The notes below the pieces were generated by a model that was given only the letters and a program-made list of their open reading frames with translations, did not search any database and was not told the DNA's origin. DNA of 64,000 bases from Oculina patagonica. Its lineage: Eukaryota. This document shows, piece after piece, positions 26,235 through 39,793 of this stretch. Each line of letters opens with the position of its first letter. Position 1 is the stretch's first letter. A program made the translations under genes and the position numbers. The stretch spans positions 19,654,001 through 19,718,000 of the forward strand of contig NC_135763.1 in assembly GCF_052425735.1 (NCBI RefSeq), given 5' to 3'.

Positions 26235-29200
26235 TTTTTCACAGAGTGGCCTTCTTGGTTCTGTGAAATGACAAAATCGTTATTTCTCAAGACCCGCATT
26301 TCTTTGATTTGTCATAAGAAAAGCAGGTTTACAGAAGTTAGAACTAACACCGCTGAGAAAAGACCGCTCAATTCTTAATTTCGTACACGAAACGAAATCT
26401 AAATTACAGCTGTTGAAAGCATACAACTATCGGGAAGGAACCTAAAGAGATTATATGACAAGCATTTAGCCGTCTAGACAAAAACGGCTTCCGAGAAGGT
26501 GGTTATAAATAGGATTCATGGCCTTGGCATTACATGGAAAATTCACTTATAATCTTTATTGTACTATTGCGTGCAATAAGTAGTCCAATCACATTAAGAA
26601 AAAGTGGATCAGTTTCCTGAACTATTTGTTCCTACTTCACCGGTTTCCGTCCACGCCTGGCTGCGTACTTGGCCTTCCGAAAGAATTCCGGAAATCAATC
26701 AAACCCCTTTGTACATGCAAGCACTTGTGAGGCAAAAACGACGAAATATTTTATCGGAATAGTCTCCAGCTATTTATCGAACCCGAGTATTTTTTCAAGA
26801 TCTAGGTACTTTATTGCGATTCATAGATCGATGGCTTGCGGGTCGGTGTTGCTTCCTTTAGAGCCGCTGACAGTTGCAAGGGCCAGTTAACGATCTTTGC
26901 AAGCGAAAACGACTAATTGATTGGGATTAAAATTTGGAGTGGAATTCACGGAGAGCTCCCTCGCGGTTCGCTGAGTGAGAATAATCCGGGTTATTTCACG
27001 ATGTTACTCAAAACGCACCCTGCTTCTCTTTCACTCAGCCAATTAACTGTCGGAGCTGTGTCTATATTTTTCTAAAATCGAATTAAAGCTGTTTCGATCT
27101 TACTTGGTGAGCAAGCAGGGAAAAAGAGCCGCCTTTTAGCCGCTATAATGGAAACGTCAAACGTCACACTTTTGCCCTTTGCCATGACAGGTGTAAAAAA
27201 CACGAAACGTTTAAGGAAATTAAATTTTGAATTTGGTATTAAATGAATGGAATGAAAACCCATCAGGGATCAGCTATTGGTGGAAAGCAGCATCTAGCTT
27301 ACAAAAGGAAATACAAAAAACAATAAAACCTTTTATATGGATTATAAAAACGACCCGTGTCACCTCAGCAAGATGCCTTCACATATCACATGCCTTGGGG
27401 CTTATAAGTTCAGTTAAGGTTATTTTACACATGGAAAATAGATGGGAATCGAAGTGTTAGTACCCAAAAGATAAACAAACAAACAATCCAAAAAAATAAA
27501 ACGTTCTTCTAATAAACCAAAGCAGCAATGACATATTTAGTGAAAGAAAGAAAAAAACATATTGTTAAATAATTGGCCATCCTAATTAGATGTTTCGTTT
27601 TCCATCGCCTGACCAACCCAATTTTATGAAAAAAAAAAAACTCGATTTTTTATCATTGTTCGCTTTTCTCCAGTGTTTCTCGCTTTATACCTGACCTGGC
27701 AACCAAATCACCCTCATAAACGTCTACAAACACGTTTTGAAGTCACCAGGTCTCGCTATCAAATTTAAATGTTGTGAAAGCTATAAATCAGGCTTCGAAT
27801 TAATTTTTTTTTTAAATTGTATTGAATTGCTTTTGCTTAAGATGACCTATCTTGAGACAGAACTTAAAACAAACGTTTGCTATAAATACTAGCAGACCGG
27901 GATGTTTCACCGAATGCAAAACTTAAATAAAGGAAAGCCATGGTTTCAAGCAAGTTTATATTACTTCATTATTTGACCCTAAGTAATTTTGAATTTGACA
28001 TTAACCTTAGGTAGTCTTCATGAAATTCAAGATGGTGAGCTTGTGACGTCACACATTACAATTGACATTTTATATCGTTTAACTTTTGAACCAAGTGCCC
28101 GAAAGTTTGAGTTATGGTACAGTTACATTTAAAGCTGTCATCTTTCGCAGTTTGGGAGCACGTTCTGCCTTCTTTTCCAGCTTACAGCCATGTTCCTCCT
28201 GCTCGCAGGAAAACATGAAAAAGACTTCTAAATTAAAATAGACTACGTGTTCAAATATGCTTATGAAGTGATATTTCTATGATAAATAAGACATCTGAAA
28301 AAAAGGTATCTCTGAGGACTATAGCCGTGATAGCCTTCCTTCCTTGCGAGGAAACAAATTTTGTAATTTCCACGTAGTGCGAAGAATATTACAAAGAGCA
28401 AGAAGATTCACTGTAAAGTCAATCAGGCTAACTTACGTAGGCGTTAGATGAGAGTGCTACTGGCCTCTTTGATGCACCAAAGGGCCTTAACCCTTAGCTA
28501 CCAAATAAGAAATAGTCAAAAGTGAATGTCTTATCGAAGCAATAATCTAAAGCTCATTACTGGCGAGACAATTACTCTGTGATACTGGTCTAGGGCGATT
28601 ACACGGTAATCCTACTTAGATAGTTTTGGGGTCTCCCAAAATATGCCCTTCTTAGCTGAGTCAGGAATTGGGTTTGTAAGAACATCCCAATGGTCATTTT
28701 CTTTGGTTTTATCACTATTTATGACTTTATAGCAACAATGGAGAGTTGAAACCGATGCATGAGTTCTTAAAAAATTGAGAATTTACCAAAGCGCTATCGA
28801 CTGAACTTCTTAAATAATTTCAGAAATGATCAAGTTGAGTAACCTAATTCCGGGCAGGTTGACCTAGTTCCAGACGATCGTAAGAAGATTGCATTCTTCA
28901 CTCTCTTAGTGATATTCCTCTCCATCTTTGGAAAACGTATTTTAAAAATCGTGGAATGAACAAAAGAGTACTTCTGTTAAATTGTTACTTCTTTTTCAAT
29001 CTTCAAGAGAGTTTTCTCTTACTTTTAAAGGAGGACGCAAGACAGATCATTGACCAATGATTTTGGTAAAGCCGAGGTGGACTTCTTGGTGTATAATTTG
29101 ACTAAAACTGGTATCAGTCCTTTTCTTCTGAACGTTTTGCCATGTATTTGTAAAACATTGCGTCTGACATTTCGTTTCCAAGGTAAGTAACTTCAAGAAT

Positions 29201-30665
29201 AAGATAACTTTAATAACGATAGGTTTGAATTCGACCAGAAAACGTCCTCCGTGAAATTTCGGTCTCTTTGGCGCTATGGCAGCGTTGGCGATTGGAATTT
29301 TCTCTCCTCACCAAATTTTAACGAAATTTCACCAGATTTCTGTTGTCGCGAAATATTTTTATGCTAAAAACTCCAAGCTCGTTCTCCTGCCATTATTTCA
29401 ATTGGAAGAAGAATAGTTTATGAATAGTATTTTGCAAGAACGGATAGGACATGTAGACTTAAAACGATGTAATTTGAGTCGAGTTAAAATGCCAGTTCTC
29501 GACGAAAAAACTCACTGACCTCTCTCGAAAAGCTTAAATTTTCATCTTCCCATGCTAGCCTGAACCTGACGAAGTAAACCACGGTTGGTAAAAAGTAGAG
29601 TGAACTGCAATTCGTTGGAAGATAACTGGTTGCATTTAATTCGAGGTCTACAAATGTCGAAGAACCCATCAATTTAAGTGTCCTGAATTGGGCAACTTCC
29701 TAAGGATCCAACATGCAGGCATATATCTTTCAAACACGAAAACGAACTGTGTAAACGTCCTAGCGATCATACACCTTTAGTTTTTTGAAGTCGTTATATC
29801 TGTTCGACAAGTCGATCGTCATTTACAAAAGCTCTTTATGGAAACTCGGGAAGGCCTTTGCTTTATGAAAGAATACAAAAACGCCATGTTTGGTCAACGC
29901 GTGATAGTATTACCAAGAGAATAATAAACAAGCGAAAAATTATAGCTGTAGTTACCTGTGCATGTTGTTTGATAAAAATAAATAGCCGAACGCTAGAAGT
30001 CCTAGAATGGGGCAAGTTACACCGAATTGTGATGGCGATTTCGGGTTTAACAGCGAATCTTCAAATCATGGAAAAGTACTTCGTACCAAACTTTTACGGA
30101 GAGCAAGTACATATATGTTGTACGTTAAGGAATGCGTCGGACTCACAGTGTAAGCTCGTGATCCTTAGTTTAGTGCCAGGTGAGGCCTTGTCGAGTTCTA
30201 GTCAACAACTAGTTGTGTTATAGCTAGGCCGTGCTGAGCTTGAAGCCATGAAGAACAGTTAAGTACTGCCGCAAGAACGGGTTTGCAGTCTTATTCCACC
30301 TTTGGCTAATCAGCCCAGAGAGCTGCAGAAAGCTATTTAACAGAATCTTTTGTTTCCATATCGGTAACACTGCGTGGTCTATGTAAATTGCTCCAGATGT
30401 ACAAGGCATTTTTCATTTAAACCTAAATTGTCTAGTTATCTGACACTGTCCAGATTGACAGTGTCAGATCAGTGTTTATGCTTTTCGAAACAAAGAAGTT
30501 ACACTGAAACATGCACACACTGCATGTGGTGACTCGATACAGGACGAGCTCATCTGGTAAATTATAAAAGGTTTGTTTTCAGACCGCACTCAGTTCCACA
30601 GAAAAGTAGCCACAAACATTACATTTATCAAGTTTGCAGTATTTGTTAAATTACAATTTTCTTAA

Positions 30666-31056
30666 AGGGACTGTGTCACGGCTAAGTTAATCTTATGTTA
30701 TTAAATTTTGCCAAATATTCGCTATGAACTAAATGTTTGCAAAGAAATTAATTCTATGATTCTAAATGACAAAACCATAGCTTCATTGCAGCTAAATGTG
30801 TCTCCCGGGCGTCATAAATTAAAGTTACAAGCAGACAAGATTAACTTTGAAAACTGTTCCGCCGGAACATATTTCAAAAGCCCTCATCGCAATCCGTTTC
30901 AATCTTCGACACTTTTGGCCATCCGTACCTTCTTTTGCATTTGGTGTGTTATTTAAATATTCCTTCACTGTTTTAAGAGGTTATTTTATACATTTAAACA
31001 AATTTAAAGGCCATTTCCTATGCCTAAGTTTGGCTAAAATCCGTGACACTGTCCCT
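30666..31056. mobile_element. Kolobok-type MITE
   Basis: TTAA|AGGGACTGTGTCACGG ... CCGTGACACTGTCCCT|TTAA. Confidence 0.8.
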
Positions 31057-34000
31057 TTAAACTGTATCAGATACGATTTTCTGACAAGCTTTTAAAACAT
31101 GTTCTCATGTTATATCGTACTGAACAATTTCGCGAAATATAACAAAGTTGTTACTGGGAAAAAGAAGGTGATTATTTGAAGGTACATCATTAAAATAAGT
31201 ATGCTGGGAAGGTAGAAATACCAGACCGCAAATCGACCTTCAAAAGCACCTTCTGTCGCCATTAAAGGAAGGCTTCAGTCTTAAAGGGTTTGATTGCCTG
31301 AGTCGTCTGGCTAAATCGGTCGAAATATTCATCAAAAGTTAGCAATGAAGAGAGTGAAAGCTTTTTTCTATATGTTTCCATCGAATTAAGTACCGATCTT
31401 TTGGTTGATTGTTGGTTCACGAATCTTGTACGTTTATAGTGACAGACCTTAAAAGGTCTGCCACTGTAGATCTTCGTCTGTTTCCTTGGGTTGGCCAAAA
31501 AAAATGAAGGCGTGTTGTTTTAAACTCGACCACCAAAATTTATATATCAATACAAAGCTTATAAAATGTACTAACTGTTAAAAATCATTTCACTGTGCAT
31601 ACACCATGCAGCCAGTAGCAATACAGGAGATCATTCCTGGTGAATCCCTAGAGAATCTATAGACAGGAAAACATTTCGCGCGACCTAGAGCTAGTTGCCT
31701 GCGTGTAAGACATGGGAAAAAGTCGTCGAAGCTAAGCAGAAAAATGCAACAGAAAAGGATTGCACTGCCAAGAGTGCAGGGACGAACTTGATGTGACTTG
31801 AAAGTGTGTTTGAAAAAAAAAACGCCTCTTGAACTGAAGCTCTACGGTTACCTTAAAATCGAGATGAGTTTAGGCCAGCCTTTAATATCGTCTGAGTACG
31901 TAGCTATTACTCGTGCACTAAAATGCCTTTTCAAACAGTGTGACATGTATTCTTATCGGTCAGGTCTTACAAGTCAGTATTAATGGTAAACATTCAATGT
32001 TTTGCTGGGAGTAACATTTTTCTTCGAAGCCTTTTTCACAGTTATTCTTTGTATTTCATCTTTGTTTTTGTATGGAAATTTGTTGATTACATTTTATTTT
32101 GCTTCGTGTCTGAACTGACTGTAACAGCACTTTACTGATCTATTCTACATTTCCGATTTGAAAACTTCTCTGGATAGTAATCGAAAACTGCAATTGCACT
32201 TAAACTGTATAGCCACGTATTTTCCATTTACAGCTCATTTCCACCGAGCATACATGTTTTTGTTTTGGAAAGTCTGGCGAGTTTAAATAGTTAGGCAAAT
32301 TGCAATCATGTAAGTTTTAGTTAAACATAACTTAAAAGGAACACTTACTTTTGTGTTATTGTATTGTCAAGAGAGCAGTATCAAAACCCAGGCTTCGTTT
32401 GATCTTTCCGCAAATTATTTTCCTTTGGGACAAACATAAACTACCAAAATAAACTTATATACCAACCTTAGACGCCCGGGACGTCCGGCTCTCACAGTTG
32501 GTGAGGTATTTTTTCGAAAACGGTGTTTTCTTCAGCTACGATGTGTTGCGTGTGCAACTCCAACGAAACTATTCTGAGTACTTAACCGTCAGTGTGTTTA
32601 GTAGGAGATTGTTCTTGTTCTTTTTGAGACACCATCTGTTTTTCAGGCCTTTTTAACGATATTTCTTTAATCACGATTGCATTAAAGTGACGCAGGGTGC
32701 ATGTTCAAAATTCTTTAAGACATCCGGCCACGAAAATTAGTTTAACATTCGCTCTGAACTGAACAAACTCTGTACTGTATCTTTATTGTGATTAAAAAAA
32801 GATGGAAGTGGGTTGTTATTCAACCTATCTAGAAAGCTGTTGTTATGTTAGGCAGCCTTGAAGACAGGTTTTTTCACTCATCTGTGAAATATATATAACA
32901 ACAGAGGTCACATTTTAAAATACCTGTTATTGTATGTTTTTTGATTGCTGCTGTTAAAGAGCATGAGCTAAATACCATCGTTTAGTCTTTGAGTTAAAGT
33001 GTCAAATGACATGAGAACAAATTCTTAAGGTCTCAAAATATCTTGTTTTTCAAGCCAACTCATGCACCAGTAAATGCCACAGAAGCAAATCGTCAACTGA
33101 CGGTATCCTGAGTTAATAAAAGTTTCAGAGGTGTTGTTATGTATTGCCACAATCTGTTCGCTTTTTAAGGTGTGCTCATAAGTGGACGTGAAACATGCAT
33201 GATTTGTAAGGTGTGTTTTTGCAATCATTCGTGTTTTTGTAATGCATGTGTAAATACCCCACACTTAACGTGTGTAATTACAATATGATGATCTTTCCAT
33301 TCTTTTTGTGGGATTGAGGCCAGATATGTGTGAATTCTATAACTATTCTAACACCCACCCTTTCCCAGGGTATTTTTATGGGCAAATATTGAATTCGGTA
33401 TTTCTGATTTACAAACTACTTTAAATGAGGCAGACGAATTGTGACGTTCTCAGCCCGCGTTTTCTCCGTGTACCAGCATGTACGCACACCAAAGCGATCA
33501 ATTCATGGTTGGAGACTAATGAGAATAATCATCAATAGCCATGATGGAGGCAAGGACATGTTTCCAACTTTAATATAACATGTTTGAATGGACACCATCA
33601 TCGTTAAGCATTTTTCGCATATTTTTGATCTGTACGGACTAATAAAGTCTATATATATATATTTTTTACAAATAAAGTCCCCAGAGAATCCGTTTGGATG
33701 CCCAGGATGAATATTTTAAGGTTCTGATCATGATCGTTCTTTCGTTCGAAATCGAAAGCAGGAACATAATATTTAGCCATGTTCTCAGCCCTGCGTGTGT
33801 CCAATATCTCATATTTCGCCAAATTTGATCTGCGTACCCATACAGTAACCTTAGCCCATAATGACCTCGCCCGCAAAACATTTGCGCAAGGCGGAATAGC
33901 TGATTATGCTGATGACTTGTGCAAAATAAACAGTTTCAAAACGCGCTAACAGATGAAGGTAATTGCAATCAACATTAGGGGATAATGTGTCTTTATCATC

Positions 34001-35559
34001 ACAAATAGCTGTGCTTAGACAATCCTTTTCGGGACTGAGAAGTCTTATGTATATATATCAAACACGTGAGACAATGTTTCATCGCATTTCCAAACGCGGA
34101 GAAGTGAGTTAAAAAGGCGGCAGGTAGCGACCTAAAATGTTTTTGGCAAAATTCGAGGTGTTTGGAAAAGGTGAAATATTTTCTCCAGTGTTCATACATC
34201 TTCTCAATCGAAGCTAAAATCCAAGAATAAACGGAAAATAAAACTGTAAAATCTATGATTAACAAAGTGCGTTCATTTGGCCGTATTTCGTAAAGATGAT
34301 TCTAGAACATTCCAGAATGTTCATGTAAGTTCATGTATTCCAGATTAATATTCAATAAATCGACCACCGTATGCCATATTTGGAAGTTCGCTCGTGAATT
34401 TGGAAGTTGGCGCTGCACAACCACAATTTGTTTCATGATTTAGTTATCCTGCTAATCTTGCGAAATATCGTCTGATTTTAGCCAATTCGCAATGACCCGT
34501 AGATATATTGGGTGATTATTGCGATTTTCAGGACATGGGGGGGTATAAATAGAATTCGAGCCAGCGCGAGTTTTTCAGCGGAGTCAAAGAAAAACAAACA
34601 AAAAACATGGCGGAAATACTGAGTCGATACTGAGTGCTGCTTTTCTCTGTGGATTTAGTTGTTAAAAGACGAATGTCCGAGAGAAACAATGACATAGATG
34701 ATACTAACGAATTTGTATGTTGAGCACCGAAAACCCTGCATATTCAATACGGAAGTGCCCGTTATTATAGTGAGTTCCGTCCGTCACGGAAAATTCACCA
34801 CGAGGGTAATGCGGCCCCACACGAGGGTAGTTAGGCCAGTGAAAACCTCACAAGTATGTAATCCCACGGCACACCGCACGACACCAATGTCACCGTTCCA
34901 ACCAACAGAGACATGTTACTCTTATTCCTCTCCTTCAGCGAGTATCCTTAAACAAGTTAGGCATTAATTTTCCGTGTTTCACAAACACACAACAACCTAG
35001 CCTGCGTGGCCGGCGCAAAGGGGAAGGAGAAGGGGAGTTCGAGCGCGAAGCGCGAGGTGCGAGGAGAGAGCCCGCATCCAGCAGTCACCACGCACACTTG
35101 CTTTATTCACTGTTTTAAATAGTTGTTCTGTTTCTTTATGGAGGGATATAAAAAAATGGTCTTTTCCGTTGTTGGCATGTATTCGTTTTCTTTTAGCTTC
35201 TTGAACCCTTTTCAAAATTCACATTACCCTGTCCCATTTTGAATGGTTTGTTTTCGGGAAAAAAGTCACATGGTGAGAGTCTGTGACGTCATTATTCCAA
35301 CATATTTTGTCTTGAGTATTTTGCCAGTGAGAGCAGAGTAATTGGAATACTCTTCAGTTTATTTTTGAATAAGGCCACACATACAGTCGGTCGAGGTTGC
35401 TATTCAATGAATTCGTACTCTAGAAGATTTTTCCGAACGTACCCAGAAATTCTGCACCAATGAATATAAAACTTACCTTCTCAAACAAGGTTATAGGTAC
35501 GGACACTTTTCTTAACACACTACATGTACGCGATGCTTATATTTCGCATACCAACGTCT

Positions 35560-35960
35560 TCAGTTACAACACTAAACATGGCTGACCACGTACCTTTTGT
35601 CATTAGGCATAACCCAGTACTTCATCACATTTTTACGCCACTACAGAAACGTTTTGACATATTATTTTCCCCTAACCGTTCAAGAATGTTGTTTTTCAAC
35701 TCCAACATTCCGTTGCTTATATTTAAAAATACGTAGTTCTAACCTTCGCGACCTTGTAGCTGTAGCAAAACCACACAACGCTTCTAACAATAATAATTTA
35801 CCTCCTACAGATTTCTTCCGCTGTGAACAATATTTTGCCACTTGCGCATGCAGCCTAACAGCCATAGCACTATGCTTATTGCCCCACTGGCTAAACCCTC
35901 TCGGTCACTGAACACATGTAATCCGTAATAAAAAAGCATTGTATTATTTACATGATACAA
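35560..35960 (+). mobile_element. Penelope-like retroelement remnant
   Basis: Degenerate VPFVIRHNP...RSSNLRDLVAVAK resembles the PLE RT/GIY-YIG linker; frameshifted. Confidence 0.55.
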
Positions 35961-36293
35961 TGGAACCACTGTCACCAATGTTTTAAACATAGCTGAAACT
36001 AAGCGACGTCTTGTAAAAAAGGAGTTTTAAAGAACGTCGAAAATTTGTTGAAAAAAAAAACTGTATAATTATACTGCTGTTTTCAAAAACGTTCTTGCTA
36101 CAACTCCTAACTATTACATCACATGCACCATCGTTGGGCAATACAAATTTGGTTGCATTAACGAGAAAGTTCAAATTATTACACTAACTGAAATGTCAGT
36201 CTATGTGGTCACTTACTGGAGATGGTCGCTTATGAGAGGTCAGAGCAAAGGTGGTCTTCATAATTTTGAGTCAGTATAATGCAACCGTTAGCC

Positions 36294-36579
36294 TAGCCTG
36301 CGAGCAGGCTCTCTATTCGGGCGCAACGTGAAACTCTCTTCGAGCGCCGAAGGCCCGCGTTTTGGCGAGCGACGGGCGCAACGTGAATCTCTCTTTGAGC
36401 GCCGAAGTCGCCGGAGTTTTGGCGAGCGAAATGTGCCGCTGGGCGAGCGAAGCGAGAGATTCACGTTGTCCCCGAATAGAGAGCTCGCGAAACTCGCGCC
36501 TTCGACACTCTCAGGATCGCCTTCAGCGCTCGAAGAGAGATTCACGTAGCCCCCGAATAGAGAGCCTGCTCGCAGGCTA
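36294..36579. mobile_element. GC-rich foldback MITE with TAG...CTA ends (Academ-like)
   Basis: TAGCCTGCGAGCAGGCTCTCTATTCGGG ... CCCGAATAGAGAGCCTGCTCGCAGGCTA; no TSD recognised. Confidence 0.8.
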
Positions 36580-37150
36580 TACTGACCGTTAACCTAAAAT
36601 GCTTTATTCAAAAGCACATGTGGGATTTGGAAGATGAATGACCCTGGGCCGAACTTCTTGGCTTGGTCGTTACGCTAACGGTTAAAGGTTTTGATTTTTC
36701 CGCCTAACGGCCGCTCAATTTTTGGCTATATTGGTTAAACCCATCGAGACCCTCAGGCAGGTTCGACTGTAAGCTACAGCAGTTCTGATTTACTTTTAAA
36801 TGATGAAATTTACAGATGTATTTTAATTGTGACTCCCCAGTGACTCTTTTTGTACTTAATTATTTGTACTGGCAACTAAGACAGAAATATCATGTATTTG
36901 CAATTTTTTTTTATTTACATTTTCTTTTTCTCTGTTTGTGACATATATCTCATCAGTCAGTTCGAATGTCGCAATATGGCATTTTTAATTTAAATCCGCT
37001 ATTGTGGACACCCGAACAAAACAAGGTGAGGGTTAGGAACTTAAAGAGGACGTTATGGGGAAGGGCGCTCGGATTTATTCAAAAAGGTTTTTATGGTCCA
37101 GGAGCAGACTCCCTTGACGCCTACTGCGTCCAGGTCTGGGAAGGGGGCAT

Positions 37151-37293
37151 GGAGACTAGGCTCCTCAGCAAATGAAACATAGTGGACGGGTTAATGTGAA
37201 AAGCAAGGTTCTGTCATGAAAGGAAAACGTCGGCGACCGTGCAATTCTGGGCGAAGGGTATTTTAATTTTATGGAAACGAGTGGACGGCTGGT
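37151..37293 (+). pseudogene. Decayed duplicate of DFFA 5' UTR and exon 1
   Basis: Colinear matches to 41953-42043 (..CTCAGCAAAT.AAACAT.GTGGACG...TTCTGTCATG.AAGGAAAACG.CGGCGACCGT), ~42192-42215 and 42252-42266 (GAGTGGACGGCTGGT), with two internal deletions. Confidence 0.8.
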
Positions 37294-37379
37294 AACTAAC
37301 AGAAAACAAGCAAAGACAATACAAATGACGGAAGATCGATAGAGCTGTACTCGCTGCTGTTTCTCTTAGGGCTCATGGA

Positions 37380-39430
37380 TTTGAACCGCACTTTCCACGG
37401 ATCGCTGCAGCGTGTTTTTCAATTTTTAGTTCGTCGCTTACAAAAGAAGTCCGTCACTTTCGCGACCTTTTAGTTAAAGCGCAATTTACCACGCAACACT
37501 GGGCTTCTAACAATGATAATTTGCACCTATTAGTTAGGTGGACACCTTTATCAACTGATTTTAGACATGTACTCTAGATCCAAATGCGCCATAAAGTGCG
37601 GAAATCGTAGGACCCAATTCTTTAATAACAACAGGGGTGTAAGACAAGGATGTATTCTTTCCCCTCTACTATTCAATCTATATTTAAACGACTTTCCTCT
37701 TACTCTAGATAGCTCTCGTGATACAGACGCAATTACCCTACCAAATGGGCTTCCACTTAATTGTTTATTTCATGCAGATGATCTAGTCCTCATATCTCAA
37801 ACAAAAGTATTAATTTTTCAAAAGCAGAACCGTAAAAGCACCCGGGAAAAATATTCTTTCTTTTTAAATGGAAACCAAATTGTTAATACCTCATATTACA
37901 CCTACCGGGGAACAATATTTAGCTCGAATGGGAGTTTCACCTCCTCAAAAAAGAGTTTAGTCGAAAAATCTAGACGTTCAGTATTTGCATTCAAAAGGTA
38001 TATTGAATTCAACAAACTCTCTATATCCAAATGTAATTTCTTATTTAATGCTGTCTTTCTACCCGTTCTTTTATATGTTTCAGAAATATGGGGGGTATAT
38101 GATAGCCTCAATCTTAACAAATGGGAAAAAGATCCTATCGAACCCTTTCACTTGCAGTTTTACAAATCTTATCTTTGTCTTAATAGAAGAGCACCAAATG
38201 TCGCAGCAAGAAATGAAACCGGAAGACTCCCTCTCAAAATAACGATTTTCTCTAATATACTCAAGTTTTGGCTTCACTTACTAAACCTTTCGAATTCAAG
38301 CGTTGCCAGACAATGCCTTCAAATTTCAACTCAACTGGCAGACTCTGGGAAAAAATAAAATAAATAAAATAAAAAACTTTATTTATCCTGAAGGGCCATA
38401 GTACATTAGTCACGGATAAACGGCGATCAGCATTAAAAAATGCGGCTTTATGCTCTCCATCTATGATATACTTAAACAATATGCATGGTACCGATTTTTC
38501 TACTGATCTTCAAACTATGATTAATACAAAAAGAGATAGGTTAAAAACTTAACAGTGTCAATCCAAAATAATCGAAAACTTTAAAACTGATTTAGAAAAG
38601 CATCAACATGAATTGATTAGATGTAACAAAAAGCTTAAATTTTACTCTACTTTCAAAACTGATGTTACTCCCTCTAACTCACTAGAACTTATATAATTAC
38701 AAATCTTAAACATCGTCGGGCAGTAGCAAAACTTCGGGTAGGCAACCATAACTTACGAATTGAAACTGGAAGACATTCTTATCCTAAACTTCCTGAGCAT
38801 CTGAGAATCTGTCAAAACTTCAGCTCAAATGAAGTTGAAAACGAAGAACATTTTGTACTTAATTGTAGTAGATATGATACAATTAGAAAATCTCTAATGA
38901 GACTACATTGTTAGAAACTATTCTGATTTTAGTTCTTTAGATGCCAATCAAAAGATTATATTTCTCTTAAATAATATAGATGCCTTTCTCTGAAAAAAAT
39001 TAGGATATTTCATTCACGAAGCTTTTACACTAAGAAATGAATCGACAATCGCAACAATTGTCAATTGTCAACAATCGATTAGTTGATTTTATTACTTACC
39101 CTTACATATCTTTAGATGTAATTCGTATTATTAGTATTTTTTTTCTATTAATCTCTCCTATACTTTTGCAAAACCATTTGTAACTGGGAATGCAAATAAA
39201 GTGTTGTTGTTGTTATTTATATCTTCCGCTGCGAACAAGAAAGTACCAGTGGCCCTCAAGTTACGTTACTAACGTCCCTAAGCATTTTACGTTAATATTT
39301 CAAACCCGCCACCTCACCAACTACACACATAATCCGTAACATGAATACCTTGTTCATTACATGTAACTGTTACAACGTGCAACGGACGTGAAACAAAGCA
39401 ACGTCCTAAGAAAGATATTTCTTGCGAATG
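37380..39430 (+). mobile_element. Second Penelope-like remnant, split by a LINE insertion
   Basis: 37460-37528 matches 35745-35805 (CGCGACCTT..GCTTCTAACAAT.ATAATTT); the match resumes after the LINE tail at ~39222 (TCTTCCGCTG.GAACAA). Confidence 0.5.
37531..39214 (+). mobile_element. 5'-truncated, degenerate non-LTR retrotransposon (RT domain; RTEX/CR1-L2-like)
   Basis: GVRQGCILSPLLFNLYLND and LFHADDLVL RT motifs; C-terminal LRVGNHNLRIETGRH..RIC..ENEEHFVLNC; frameshifts and stops; AATAAAG(TTG)n tail. Confidence 0.92.
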
Positions 39431-39651
39431 TTGCCGTTCAGCTCAAAACACGACAAAATCTAAATAATGAGCATTTTCTATCTAATATCTTATCAAGTCT
39501 CAAGACATTCCTACACCCTGTCACGCCACATGTACACTCACAGCAATAGAACCCTGTTGATAAGACCAAAGTTGGGCCATCATGAAAATAATAATATAAA
39601 TAAAGGGCTAAAGGTGGTTGTGTTGACAATAAACGGTTAAAGTTTCTAAAA

Positions 39652-39793
39652 TAATTATTGAATGAGGTTTTTCGTTTTTATCCAGAATAAACAGGATGAG
39701 TTGTTAGCCGAAGCCGAGGCCTGAGTCTGATAACATTTACCTCGCCCTTGATTATTCTGGGTGTCACAAAAATCGAATCCAATGATTGTTTTA
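39652..39793. mobile_element. Palindrome-ended interspersed repeat fragment
   Basis: Imperfect hairpin ATCCAGAATAA / TTATTCTGGGT around a GCCGAAGCCGAGGC core. Confidence 0.55.

Noticed and set aside
30438-30469. 13 bp perfect inverted repeat as a terminator or RNA gene
   Set aside because: Eukaryotic intergenic context and too short; probably a template-switch product.
36288-36592. Arg/Ser-rich ORFs on both strands
   Set aside because: By-product of a GC-rich foldback MITE.
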